A DNA stretch of 64,000 nucleotides. Source: an uncultured Gammaproteobacteria bacterium. Its GTDB lineage: Bacteria > Patescibacteriota > Microgenomatia > Levybacterales > UBA12049. This document shows, piece after piece, positions 28,614 to 38,520 of this stretch. The stretch's first letter is position 1; each line of letters starts with the position of its first letter. The DNA is taken from the NCBI GenBank assembly GCA_964637955.1, contig CAZWXQ010000002.1:199782-263781 (forward strand), in the 5' to 3' direction. The notes beneath the pieces are model-generated. The model ran no database searches. It was not told the DNA's origin and saw only the letters and a list, made by a program, of their open reading frames with translations. The translations under genes and the position numbers were made by a program.

Positions 28614-29780
28614 TTACTCGATTATTAATTTTACCATTTTTTTGCCAATTCTCAAGATTGTGTTTTCTTCTTTCTCCCCCGCCAAGCCTTCCCCATTTCG
28701 TATTTTTTCTTCGTTTAAAGAAACACCATTTTGTTCGAAAAGTCTTTTTGCATCAGATTTGGAGTTGGCTAATCCGTGTTGTACTAAAAATTCATCGTCT
28801 ATCACAGTATCTTCTTTGACCTCTATTTCTGGAATATCTTTTGGAATTTCGTGATTTTGGACAACGCTTTGAAATGCTTCCATTGCTTTATTTGCTTCTT
28901 CTTCTGAGTGAAGTTCAGATACTATTATGCTTGCTAATTTTTTCTTAACTTCCATTGGATTATTTTTTATTTCATCATCATTTGGAATTTGATTTATAGG
29001 AGTATTTGTCCCTAATTCAAAATAACTTTTAATCTGGTCATCATTTATAGCCATAACTTTTCTATACATCTCAAAAGGTTCGTCTGTCAGCCAAATTGCA
29101 TTTCCCCAACTCTTGCTCATTTTTCTTCCATCGGTTCCCATAAGATAGTCAGTGCAAATAACAAAACTGTCTTTGTTTCTTAGTACTTTTTGGAGAGTTC
29201 TTCCAGCCTGCATGTTGAAAACCTGATCGGCGCCACCAATTTGAATATCTGTATCCATAAAATAACTGTCATATCCTTGCATTACTGGGTACATAAATTC
29301 ATGAAGTCCAACTCTCTTTCCTTCCCCAAGTCTTTTTTTAATTAGTTCGCGACTTACGAAGTCCCCTACTGAGAAGTTCTGACAAAGCTTAATTATTTCC
29401 TCAAAAGAAAGTTTTGAAAGCCACTCACTGTTGTGTTTTACGCTTACTTTATCAAAATCAACAATTTTTGAAGCCTGTTCTTTATACGTTTGAAAATTTT
29501 CTTCGATTTGTTCTTTTGTTAGTACTGGCCTTTCAGAATCTTTGTCTGAGGTGTCGCCAATCAGAGATGTAAAATCGCCAATTAGAAAAGTGACATTATG
29601 CCCTAACTCTGAAAATTGTTGAAGCTTTCGAAGTGGCATAGCATGACCCAGATGGATTTGAGTTGCGGTTGGATCAATTCCTAGATAAACATTCAGCTTT
29701 TTATCAGTGCTTAGTGCTTTTTCTAGATCTTTTTTATTTGAAATAATGTTCGCAATTCCTCTTGTTAATATACCGTCCAT
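28614..29780 (-). CDS. tyrS: Tyrosyl-tRNA synthetase (likely start MDGILTRG at 29780)
   Basis: HLGH (HIGH) and KMSKS motifs. C-terminal S4-like domain. Confidence 0.85.
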   Translation of the reverse strand: MDGILTRGIANIISNKKDLEKALSTDKKLNVYLGIDPTATQIHLGHAMPLRKLQQFSELGHNVTFLIGDFTSLIGDTSDKDSERPVLTKEQIEENFQTYKEQASKIVDFDKVSVKHNSEWLSKLSFEEIIKLCQNFSVGDFVSRELIKKRLGEGKRVGLHEFMYPVMQGYDSYFMDTDIQIGGADQVFNMQAGRTLQKVLRNKDSFVICTDYLMGTDGRKMSKSWGNAIWLTDEPFEMYRKVMAINDDQIKSYFELGTNTPINQIPNDDEIKNNPMEVKKKLASIIVSELHSEEEANKAMEAFQSVVQNHEIPKDIPEIEVKEDTVIDDEFLVQHGLANSKSDAKRLFEQNGVSLNEEKIRNGEGLAGEKEENTILRIGKKMVKLIIE

Positions 29781-29833
29781 AGCCTTGAGTATAGCATATA
29801 AATTCTTAAATTTGATATAATTAAGAGTATAAA

Positions 29834-32125
29834 ATGGTTGACTACGCAGCGGCCTCAAGGCGCACAAGATCAAGATTAAATAAGCCTAAAAAAGCACCAA
29901 AATTAAACAACAACTTATTTCTTTTTTCAAAACTATCTAAGTTTGCGTTATTTGGACTTATTGGTCTTATTATTCTTACGTTCGGTGTTTTCTTCTGGTT
30001 TAGTCGTGATCTTCCAGAGCCTGGTAAACTTGTTGAGGCTCAAGCCGAGAATTCTACAAGAATTTATGATCGTAATGATGTCCCGCTTTACTCAGTTTAT
30101 GAAGATGTAAATAGGACTTATGTAAAGATTGATAAAATTCCAAAAAATCTCCAAAACGCTACAATCGCAGTTGAAGACAAAAATTTCTACAAAAATGATG
30201 GTTTTTCAGTGACAGGTTACGCCAGAGGACTTATTATAGATCCAATCTTCAGAAGAAGAATAAGTGGAGGTTCGACTATTACTCAGCAGCTTGTTAAAAA
30301 CGTACTTCTTACTTCAGAAAGAAGTCTACCTCGTAAGATTAAAGAATTAGTCCTCGCTATTCAGGTAGGAAAAAGATATTCAAAAGAAGAGATCTTAGAA
30401 ATGTACTTGAATGACGTTCCTTATGGAGGAACTGCGATTGGCGTAGAAGCAGCATCTGAGAACTATTTTGGTAAAAAAGTAACCGACTTAAATTTAGCTC
30501 AGTCAGCATTTCTAGCTGGTCTTCCTCAGAGTCCGAGCACTTATTCACCTTACTCAGGGAATAAATATTATATAGATAGAAGCGCAGTTGTGCTTAAGGC
30601 TATGAAAGACCAGGGTTATATAAATGACGATCAAAAGAAAAAAGCACTTGATGAAATAACGAAAATGAAATTTGAAAAGCAAAATGCAGTGTCTATGAAG
30701 GCTCCCCACTTCGTAATTTATGTAAAGCAGCTTTTAGCTGCTCAGTTCGGTGAAGCAGCAGTTGAAACAGGCGGGCTTCAAGTTAAAACTACCCTTGATT
30801 ACGAAATTCAGGAAGAATCTGAAAAAATTGTAAAAGATCACATTGATAAATTAAAGAGTTATAAAGTTGGAAACGGAGCTGCTATGGTGACTGATCCTAA
30901 GACTGGTGAGGTTTTGGCTATGGTAGGAAGTAAAGATTATTTTGACACGGAAGCAGATGGAAATTTCAATGTTGCTATTGCAAATCGTCAACCTGGATCT
31001 TCTCTTAAGCCTGTTGTTTTTGCTGCAGCATTTGAAAAAGGATATAGTCCAGCAACCATGCTTATGGACGTACCGACAGATTTTCCAAACGGGAGTGGAG
31101 GCATGTATAGTCCTGTCAATTATGATGGTAAATTCCGCGGACCAGTTCAGGTGCGATTTGCTCTTGGAAATTCTTTAAACATTCCCGCCGTAAAAATGCT
31201 TGCCAAAGTAGGCATTGAAGATGTTATGGAAAAGGGTTATGAGATGGGCCTAACGAATTGGCAGCCAACTAATTCAAACATGCAAAACGTAGGACTCTCT
31301 CTGGTTCTTGGGGGACGCGAGGTTTCGCTTATGGATGAGATGACAGCTTATGGAGTATTCGCAAATAAAGGAGTAAAAATGGAACCCATTACGATTCTTG
31401 AGGTAAAAGATAATAATGGAAAAACGCTTTATAAAGCAAAGAAAAAAGAAGGTCAAAAAGTTCTTAGTGAGGAAATTTCATTTTTAATTTCTCATATTCT
31501 TCTTGATAATAATGCCAGAAGTGATGCTTTTGGTCCTAATTCTCTGCTTAATGTAGCAGGAAAAACAGTTGCTGTAAAAACAGGAACCACCGATCAAAAA
31601 CGCGATAACTGGACGATTGGATACACACCTTCTTATGTGGTTGGGGTTTGGGTTGGGAATAATGATAATAGTCCAATGAATCCAGCAATCGCTTCGGGAG
31701 TTACAGGAGCTTCACCTATCTGGCATGATATTATGGCCTCCATTCTCAAAGGTAAAAAGGATGAGGCTTTTGCAATTCCAAAAAATGTAGTTGCTGTTCA
31801 GGTGGATACTGTAGGCGGAGGAATGCCTACGAGTGGACGTGCGACTAGATCTGAGTATTTTGTAAAAGGTACAGAGCCTACATCAGAGTCTCAGATTATT
31901 AAGAAAAAAGATGATAAAGTTTATTACTGGATTCGTGAATCAGATCCAGTTTCTACGGACGGTGTAAACAGATGGCAAGAAGCAATCGACAAGTGGATAG
32001 AACAGTTCCATAAGGATGATCCTGTATATCATCCTCCTTCTGAAATAACAGGTGGAGATAACAATGAGCATAAAGATGAATCACAGAGCCCTACCCCAAG
32101 TCCTACAGTGACACCTACTCCTTAG
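29834..32125 (+). CDS. mrcA: Class A penicillin-binding protein (glycosyltransferase GT51 + transpeptidase)
   Basis: EDKNFYKNDGF, GGSTITQQL, RKIKE (GT51). SSLKP, SLN, KTGT (transpeptidase). Confidence 0.9.
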   Translation: MVDYAAASRRTRSRLNKPKKAPKLNNNLFLFSKLSKFALFGLIGLIILTFGVFFWFSRDLPEPGKLVEAQAENSTRIYDRNDVPLYSVYEDVNRTYVKIDKIPKNLQNATIAVEDKNFYKNDGFSVTGYARGLIIDPIFRRRISGGSTITQQLVKNVLLTSERSLPRKIKELVLAIQVGKRYSKEEILEMYLNDVPYGGTAIGVEAASENYFGKKVTDLNLAQSAFLAGLPQSPSTYSPYSGNKYYIDRSAVVLKAMKDQGYINDDQKKKALDEITKMKFEKQNAVSMKAPHFVIYVKQLLAAQFGEAAVETGGLQVKTTLDYEIQEESEKIVKDHIDKLKSYKVGNGAAMVTDPKTGEVLAMVGSKDYFDTEADGNFNVAIANRQPGSSLKPVVFAAAFEKGYSPATMLMDVPTDFPNGSGGMYSPVNYDGKFRGPVQVRFALGNSLNIPAVKMLAKVGIEDVMEKGYEMGLTNWQPTNSNMQNVGLSLVLGGREVSLMDEMTAYGVFANKGVKMEPITILEVKDNNGKTLYKAKKKEGQKVLSEEISFLISHILLDNNARSDAFGPNSLLNVAGKTVAVKTGTTDQKRDNWTIGYTPSYVVGVWVGNNDNSPMNPAIASGVTGASPIWHDIMASILKGKKDEAFAIPKNVVAVQVDTVGGGMPTSGRATRSEYFVKGTEPTSESQIIKKKDDKVYYWIRESDPVSTDGVNRWQEAIDKWIEQFHKDDPVYHPPSEITGGDNNEHKDESQSPTPSPTVTPTP

Positions 32126-32143
32126 TGTAAGTTTTGGGAGAAA

Positions 32144-34087
32144 CTATTTTACTGAAGCTTTAAATTTAGTTTTAATCGAGTTAATTATTTGATTTCTTAT
32201 TTCTGAAACTTCTTGGTTTGTTAAATTTCTGTCTTCAGCTTGATAAGTTATGTGATAAGTTTTTGCGTCTTTAAAACTGTCTTTAAGAGTCACTTCTCTA
32301 ATTAAAAAGCTTTGAAGTTTTATTTCTTCTGTTACATCCTCAGTCTTAATTCCCTCATTTAGTACAAAAGTTATATCTTCATAAACTGCAGGAAATTTAG
32401 CAAGTGGCTTATAAATCTTTTTAAGAGTTGCATGCTTAAGGATAATTTCAAAACTTAATTCAAAATCTAAAGTATCTTTATTTAAAATTTCTATATATCC
32501 AAGCATATCTTCACCAATAAGAATATCAGCGCCTGACTGCGCTCGATTTTTAAATTTATAATTTTTAATTCCAAGATCAATTAATAATTGCTCGATCAAT
32601 CCCTTTATTTCAAAAAATGATGCGTTTTTGTGTTTGAAAACACCAGCGAGCATAAGATTTTCTTCTGGTAAATCATTTTCCCGTTTTTTATAAACATTTG
32701 AGAGTTCAAAAATTTTAACCTCTTCCCTAGTCTTATTTTCATCAAGAACTTTTAGAAGACTTGGCACAAGTGAATTTCTCATGTATTCCATGTCAGTCGT
32801 TAGTGGATTTTTTAGCTTAACCGCATTGGATATGGGTCCGTCAAACATATCTTCAGAAATAAGTGAATATGTGTAGACTTCAGTATATCCCCAATATTTC
32901 AATGCTTCTTTAACTTTATTCTCAAAATAAAATTCATTTCCATGCTGCTTGGTCTTTGTGCTAAAAAATCCTGGAATTACACTTGGTAGCTTGTGATATC
33001 CATAAATTCTGGCGATTTCTTCAATGATGTCTTCAGTAATTTTTACCTCATCTGCACGGATAGTTGGAACTTCGACCTCAAGTGAACCCTCAAGTTTTTT
33101 AACACCAAAGCCCAGCTTTTCAAGAATTGCAATTGATTTTTCCATAGGAATTTCAACTCCGATTAGAGAATTTATTTTATTTAAATCTACTTTGACTGTA
33201 TGAGCCTTTGATTTGTTTGGATAAATATCAAGAACTTTTGAAATCACTTTTCCATCTGCAATTTCTCTAAATAATTGAACTCCTCGTTTGAAAGCTATTT
33301 CAGTAAGCTCGGGATCAATTCCCTTCTCATTTATAATCGCTGCTTCAGTACGGATTCCAAGATTCATGGAAGTTTGTCTGACAAGTCTAGGATTTAGGTT
33401 ATCCAAGAAAAACATAATGCGCTTTGTGTCATTTTGAACAACAGAATTTTTGGTACCCATTACTCCAAGAAGATCTATGATTTCTCCAGCATCATTTACT
33501 CCGACTATATCTCCGCCGGTAAGCTTGTAGGTTTTATCATCAAGTGTAGTTAGTTCTTCTCTTGGCTTCGATTTTCTGATAATCATTTTTTTAGTTTTTA
33601 GTAAATCATAATCGAAGACATGGGTAGGATGGCCAATTTCTCGCATTACGTAGTTAGTTACATCAATTAAATTATTTAGACTTCTTATTCCTGATTGCTC
33701 AAGTCTGTTTGAGATTTCCTTAGGACTTGGTCCAATCTTTACTTCCATGATAACTGCCATGATTCTGTTTGTAAGGCTTGGATCAGTGATTATCTCAAGT
33801 GGAAAAGAAATATCTGCGCTTGGTACTTCAAGGAATTTTTTGTCCACAAATTTTGCATCAATTTTCTCTTCACTAAGTGCAGCTGCGGCTTCCAAAGCAA
33901 TTCCACGGGCGCTCATTAGGTCCGGTCGATTCGTGGTGACTTCAATTTCATATACTGTTTCATTTCCAATTTTTTCAGTTCGTTCCACAGAAACTGCACG
34001 AAGTGATAGCTCTTTTGCAAGCTGGGCGTTCGTAGCTTTTGTATTTAAATATTCCCTAAGCCAACTGTCTACTATTTTTATATTCAT
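32144..34087 (-). CDS. pheT: Phenylalanyl-tRNA synthetase beta subunit (short form, 647 aa)
   Basis: B3/B4 and B5 domain architecture. Adjacent to pheS. Confidence 0.75.
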   Translation of the reverse strand: MNIKIVDSWLREYLNTKATNAQLAKELSLRAVSVERTEKIGNETVYEIEVTTNRPDLMSARGIALEAAAALSEEKIDAKFVDKKFLEVPSADISFPLEIITDPSLTNRIMAVIMEVKIGPSPKEISNRLEQSGIRSLNNLIDVTNYVMREIGHPTHVFDYDLLKTKKMIIRKSKPREELTTLDDKTYKLTGGDIVGVNDAGEIIDLLGVMGTKNSVVQNDTKRIMFFLDNLNPRLVRQTSMNLGIRTEAAIINEKGIDPELTEIAFKRGVQLFREIADGKVISKVLDIYPNKSKAHTVKVDLNKINSLIGVEIPMEKSIAILEKLGFGVKKLEGSLEVEVPTIRADEVKITEDIIEEIARIYGYHKLPSVIPGFFSTKTKQHGNEFYFENKVKEALKYWGYTEVYTYSLISEDMFDGPISNAVKLKNPLTTDMEYMRNSLVPSLLKVLDENKTREEVKIFELSNVYKKRENDLPEENLMLAGVFKHKNASFFEIKGLIEQLLIDLGIKNYKFKNRAQSGADILIGEDMLGYIEILNKDTLDFELSFEIILKHATLKKIYKPLAKFPAVYEDITFVLNEGIKTEDVTEEIKLQSFLIREVTLKDSFKDAKTYHITYQAEDRNLTNQEVSEIRNQIINSIKTKFKASVK

Positions 34088-34199
34088 AATATTAATTCAA
34101 AATTTAAGACTCAAAAATCAAAAATTAAAGTAAAAAGTACTTAATTTTAAGATTTTTAATTTCAGTTTTACCTTTTGCATTTTGACTTTTGAGTTACAT

Positions 34200-35234
34200 C
34201 TAGAATTGTTCCAAGAATTCAAGCTTTGTTGAATACGTCATTCTCACGTCATCGAGCTTAATTCCATCTCTCATCATAAGAACTCTCTCGACTCCCCATC
34301 CAAAAGCAAAACCGTTATATTTTCCTGGATCTACTCCAGAGTTTTTTAATACATTTGGATGTACCATTCCTGCTCCTCCTAATTCGAGCCAGCCTTCTTT
34401 ACAAAGCTTACATCCCTCGCCACCGCACACTCCGCATGAGAGATCAACTTCAAATGATGGTTCAGTAAATTCAAAATGATATGGCCTGATTCTGCTTTTT
34501 CTATCTGGGCCAAAAAAAGATTTTACGAAATAATCAAGTACACCTTTAAGATTTACGATCGAAAGATTTTCATCTATTGCTAAGCCTTCAAACTGATGAA
34601 ACATAGGGACATGACTGACATCGCTTTGTCTTCTGTAGCATTTGCCGATATTTAACATTTTTATTGGAGGTTTATTCGTAGTAAGTTCTCTTATCTGACC
34701 ACTTGAAGTATGTGGAGTTAAAAGCATGGGGCCGTATTTTTTACTCGGATCCTGATCAATAAAAAAAGTTTCCCAATCGTCTCGGGCTGGATGACCTTCT
34801 GGGAAATTTAGAGCACCAAACGCATACCAATCCCATTCGATCTCTGGATATCTCACTCTACTAAATCCAATCCTTTCAAAAATATCAGTTATTTCAGTGA
34901 TTGCTTGAGTTACTAAATGAAGATGTCCAAGTGTGGGTCGAATTCCAGGATTCGTAACATCTAGTTTTTCGATATGCTCCCTGACAATTTTAGTTTTGGT
35001 TTCATGAGTTTTTTCACCGAGTGCATTTTCTATAGTTTCTTTTACTTCGTTTGCAAGAATTCCCACTTCCTTTCGCTTTGAGGGGTCAATTTTTGGCAAC
35101 TCTTTCATGGCAACTGTCAGTTTTCCACTGCGTCCCAGAAATTGAAGTTTAATTTCTTCTAGCTCCATAGGATCCGTAGTAGAGAGAATCATCGAAAGCG
35201 CAGTGTTTTTGATCCTGATTAGTTCTTCTTCCAT
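34200..35234 (-). CDS. pheS: Phenylalanyl-tRNA synthetase alpha subunit
   Basis: Class II motifs FEFTEPSFEVD and GFAFGWGVERVLM. Confidence 0.9.
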   Translation of the reverse strand: MEEELIRIKNTALSMILSTTDPMELEEIKLQFLGRSGKLTVAMKELPKIDPSKRKEVGILANEVKETIENALGEKTHETKTKIVREHIEKLDVTNPGIRPTLGHLHLVTQAITEITDIFERIGFSRVRYPEIEWDWYAFGALNFPEGHPARDDWETFFIDQDPSKKYGPMLLTPHTSSGQIRELTTNKPPIKMLNIGKCYRRQSDVSHVPMFHQFEGLAIDENLSIVNLKGVLDYFVKSFFGPDRKSRIRPYHFEFTEPSFEVDLSCGVCGGEGCKLCKEGWLELGGAGMVHPNVLKNSGVDPGKYNGFAFGWGVERVLMMRDGIKLDDVRMTYSTKLEFLEQF

Positions 35235-35271
35235 AGCTCTAAGGATATCAAATTTTGAGGCAAAATGGGAG

Positions 35272-36108
35272 TTAGCTGATATTGTCTACCACAAAGGGAT
35301 TTTTTTCTCCCTCATCGAGTGGAAGTAAATCGTATTGAGCTGTAATATGAACTATTTCTCCTTCTTTTATAGGGAGTCTTTCAAGAGGTGTTTCAGATTT
35401 CCCCCCATCTGGCAATTTCCATTCTTGAGATTCTGGATCAAAATATTCGGTTTCACCAGTATCAGCATTTACCATTTTTATGCCTTCCATTTGTTTTTGG
35501 AACGAAATAATTTCTACTTGATTTCCTTCCTGATTGTTAAATGCTTGATAAAAAAGTTCAATTAATTCAGGGGAAATATCAATTTCCTGTTGCTCAATTC
35601 CTGAGCCTTGGCTTTTTAAATCATTTGATTTTACTAAAGCCTTCCAATAATTGTAAGGTTCTTGTGAATACCCATCTTCGAGGGAAAAACCTGGTTGAAT
35701 ATGATTTGTTAAATTAATGCTTAAGAAGTAATTTGGATATGAAAAAAAGATATTAAATTCCCTGGAATGATATCTGTCAGTGGTATCATAAGGTCCAAAG
35801 TCCTGAACTGATAAGGATATATTGTTGGTATCATCAAATGGGAGTTCAGTTCTATCTACTTTCCAGCTTCCATCATCTTCCTGATAATGCTCATACCCTC
35901 TAAGTTTAATTAAAGCTTGTCCTGCATCACTTGTTTTAACCATACTTTGAATTTGAGCTGCTGAGTCTTCGGGTGGTTTAAATGCAGCTACTTTCCAAAC
36001 AGCAGTCTGCATTGTGCCATTTTCCATAGCATGGTCACCAAGGGCATTTAATTGGTCTGTTAAGAATACAATTTTTATTTCTTTGGCACTTGGTCTTGGA
36101 TTTTCCAT
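35272..36108 (-). CDS. Hypothetical acidic cytoplasmic protein (278 aa)
   Basis: ORF only. Confidence 0.4.
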   Translation of the reverse strand: MENPRPSAKEIKIVFLTDQLNALGDHAMENGTMQTAVWKVAAFKPPEDSAAQIQSMVKTSDAGQALIKLRGYEHYQEDDGSWKVDRTELPFDDTNNISLSVQDFGPYDTTDRYHSREFNIFFSYPNYFLSINLTNHIQPGFSLEDGYSQEPYNYWKALVKSNDLKSQGSGIEQQEIDISPELIELFYQAFNNQEGNQVEIISFQKQMEGIKMVNADTGETEYFDPESQEWKLPDGGKSETPLERLPIKEGEIVHITAQYDLLPLDEGEKNPFVVDNIS

Positions 36109-36174
36109 GCCGAGAGTTTAACATAACTTATAGTAAATTTCAAGGAGAGCAAAGTTTACAAATTTCAAGGCAAA

Positions 36175-36834
36175 ATGCGAGCAGTGGAGTTTGACTATGA
36201 ATGTTTTATGTCCTATAATGCTGCAATTATGGCTGGAAATGTAGAAAATGGAGAAAGAGAATTAAAATTACCTCTCGAAATTGAGCTAGGAAAAGAATAT
36301 TTTCCATTTGTGGGTGAAGATTGGGGTGATTTAAGTGTTACTCGCGGAGTATTATCTGAATGGAAATTTAAGTTTGGTGAATTAAATGGTGGAGTAACTG
36401 CCTCATTGGCAGAGCCATTTTTTGAAGTACATGGTGACGATGAATTAGAAGGAATTGAATATGATGCTGATGATACACCAGCATTTCCCTTAGGTTCTAC
36501 AAATTATGAAGGTTCAAATATTCCTGAGCAAGCAGGAGTTATGTTCAGTCTAAATCCAGAATTCGATTCTTTAGAGAAATATAACTGGGTTAAAAACTTC
36601 AGAGTTGTATTTAGTTTTGGAGACCAGAAATATTTGTTGGGATTTGAAGGAGATGGTTTAATAGATGATGGTGAGGATTTTAACGATACAGAGGAGCTTT
36701 ATAATGATTTAAATGATGGTAAACTTCGTAAACTAAGTAATTATAGAATGTATCAATCATCTAAAGGACATTTTCAAGTCGCAGTGCCTAGAAATTCAGA
36801 TTTATCTAAAATATCAGTTAAATTTTACCACTAG
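36175..36834 (+). CDS. Hypothetical acidic protein (219 aa), divergent from 35272..36108
   Basis: ORF only. Confidence 0.4.
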   Translation: MRAVEFDYECFMSYNAAIMAGNVENGERELKLPLEIELGKEYFPFVGEDWGDLSVTRGVLSEWKFKFGELNGGVTASLAEPFFEVHGDDELEGIEYDADDTPAFPLGSTNYEGSNIPEQAGVMFSLNPEFDSLEKYNWVKNFRVVFSFGDQKYLLGFEGDGLIDDGEDFNDTEELYNDLNDGKLRKLSNYRMYQSSKGHFQVAVPRNSDLSKISVKFYH

Positions 36835-36921
36835 TTGATGCTGCATTGATGTCGCATGTAGAATCTATGTCAAATGAAGATCGTGCGCAATTCTTTTCTG
36901 ATTTAATTGAAAATATTGACA

Positions 36922-37860
36922 CTACAGATTCTTAAGAATAGTTTTTAATTTTTCCAATGACTCCAAATCATGAATTGAAGCTGTCAAGATTTCTTTCCCT
37001 TTAAAATATTTGGCTTTTTCTTTTACTTCATCTTCGGTTGCTAGATCGGTTTTGGTAAGAAGTATTATTTCTTTTTTATTCAGGAGTTCTTTATTAAATT
37101 TGGAAAATTCTTCTCTAACTGTTTCATAACTTTTTAGCGGATTTTCGTCATTACTTGCTATACAATGAAGAAGGATTTTGGTTTTTTCGATGTGCTTTAG
37201 GAATTTTATTCCTAGTCCTTTTCCTTCTGCTGCACCCTCGATTAGTCCTGGGATATCAGAAAGGATTAGTTTATCCAGTACGCCGAGATTTGGTTCAAGA
37301 GTCGTGAACTGATAGTTACCTATCTTAGGATTGGCATTAGTGAGTTCTTTAAGAAGCGAGCTTTTTCCTGCATTTGGAAGTCCGATTAATCCTATGTCTG
37401 CAATTAAAGTTAGAGTTAGATGGAGAGTTGTAGATTGGCCGATTCGCTTTACTGTTTGTTTGCCTTCCATCTTGGTCAGGTGATAGCTCCCTAATTCTCC
37501 TTCCCCACCCTTTGCCATTAGAACCTTATTCTTAGTATCTGTGAGCTCATATTCACGACCATATTTTTCATCTTTTATTTTTGTTCCGACTGGCACGAGA
37601 ACTATAATGTCAGAAGCATCTTTTCCATTGTGATTCTTTATAAGTCCTTTGGCGCCGTGCTCTGCTTTTATAGCATTTCTGTTTTGAAATCTGGAGAGAT
37701 CATTTTCGTTATGTGATGCTAGAAAATATATGCTTCCACCACGTCCTCCATCTCCACCACTAGGGCCGAACTTAACACCTTTTCGACTTCCTATAAATGT
37801 TTGTGCACCTTCCCCACCGTTCCCTGCTATTAAATCAATTCGTACATCATCAACTAACAT
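36922..37860 (-). CDS. obg: GTPase Obg/CgtA
   Basis: Obg fold GNGGEGAQTF..GPSGGDGGRGGSIYF. G1 GLIGLPNAGKSSLL. Confidence 0.9.
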   Translation of the reverse strand: MLVDDVRIDLIAGNGGEGAQTFIGSRKGVKFGPSGGDGGRGGSIYFLASHNENDLSRFQNRNAIKAEHGAKGLIKNHNGKDASDIIVLVPVGTKIKDEKYGREYELTDTKNKVLMAKGGEGELGSYHLTKMEGKQTVKRIGQSTTLHLTLTLIADIGLIGLPNAGKSSLLKELTNANPKIGNYQFTTLEPNLGVLDKLILSDIPGLIEGAAEGKGLGIKFLKHIEKTKILLHCIASNDENPLKSYETVREEFSKFNKELLNKKEIILLTKTDLATEDEVKEKAKYFKGKEILTASIHDLESLEKLKTILKNL

Positions 37861-37888
37861 ATGTATATTTTACCAGAGGATGTATAAA

Positions 37889-38347
37889 TTATATGGGGGA
37901 AGATGGGGGAATTGTTGGATCTAGATTATCTAACGCTTTTCTAAACACTCTCAAGGCTTGATTGACACCAATAATTGTAGTCATATTATCTGCATTTGAT
38001 CTTTCATGCCAAATAAGAGTTCCATCGAGCGATGAATCACAATGCCAGATTCTTCCATCTGGAGTAGCATAATATTCTGGTTCATAAACACGAGTAAGTC
38101 CCATTACTTCAGATTCACCAATTCTTCCTAGGGGAATCACATGAATAGGCGCCTTGACAATTTCATTTCCAACTTTAACTTCTACTGTTCGTTGCGGATA
38201 TCCTCCCGCTTCTATTAATTTTGCAGATTCTCTTCTCAAGAGTACTTCAGCAGTATCTCTATGTCTAGATTCTATGATTCTCAATTCGGCTTGTGTTTTA
38301 GAAATATCGTCTTGCAAAGCTTCAATAGTTGGTCTTGGTGTTTCCAT
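37889..38347 (-). CDS. Hypothetical protein (152 aa)
   Basis: ORF. Leaderless promoter TTGACA-17-TAGAAT lies 6 nt upstream. Confidence 0.45.
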   Translation of the reverse strand: METPRPTIEALQDDISKTQAELRIIESRHRDTAEVLLRRESAKLIEAGGYPQRTVEVKVGNEIVKAPIHVIPLGRIGESEVMGLTRVYEPEYYATPDGRIWHCDSSLDGTLIWHERSNADNMTTIIGVNQALRVFRKALDNLDPTIPPSSPI

Positions 38348-38352
38348 GCTGG

Positions 38353-38381
38353 CATTCTATCAAATGATTCTAAATGTGTCA
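38353..38381 (-). promoter_or_regulatory. Sigma70 promoter TTGACA-17-TAGAAT, ATG 6 nt after -10 (leaderless)
   Basis: -35 at plus 38376-38381. -10 at plus 38353-38358. Confidence 0.5.
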
Positions 38382-38416
38382 AAGAGTATCATAAATATAA
38401 TTAAAGCTTAGTTAAG

Positions 38417-38475
38417 GTATACCCTTCTCGCTTCATTTTGAACAAAAATCATGCAAAATGAAGTTCAGGGCATAC
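38417..38475. repeat. 59-nt palindromic element, copy 2 of 2 (inverted relative to the 20235 copy on plus-strand coordinates)
   Basis: Its reverse complement is near-identical to 20235-20293. Sits between divergent promoters, directly upstream of the hflX promoter. Confidence 0.8.
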
Positions 38476-38483
38476 TACATTAT

Positions 38484-38513
38484 TTGTAAACCTGAGTTTA
38501 TGGAGTATATAAT
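38484..38513 (+). promoter_or_regulatory. hflX promoter TTGTAA-N16/18-TATATAAT; ATG 7 nt downstream
   Basis: Same module as the rnc promoter. Confidence 0.45.
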
Positions 38514-38520
38514 GTAGAGC

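Noticed and set aside
34088-34199. Possible T-box or attenuator between pheS and pheT (15-nt inverted repeat ACTCAAAAATCAAAA / TTTTGACTTTTGAGT)
   Set aside because: Extremely A/T-rich. No recognisable T-box specifier/antiterminator (AGGGUGGNACCGCG) sequence. Likely a low-complexity spacer.
36849-36935. 28-aa ORF overlapping the obg 3-prime end
   Set aside because: Overlaps obg coding sequence in another frame. No conservation evidence.
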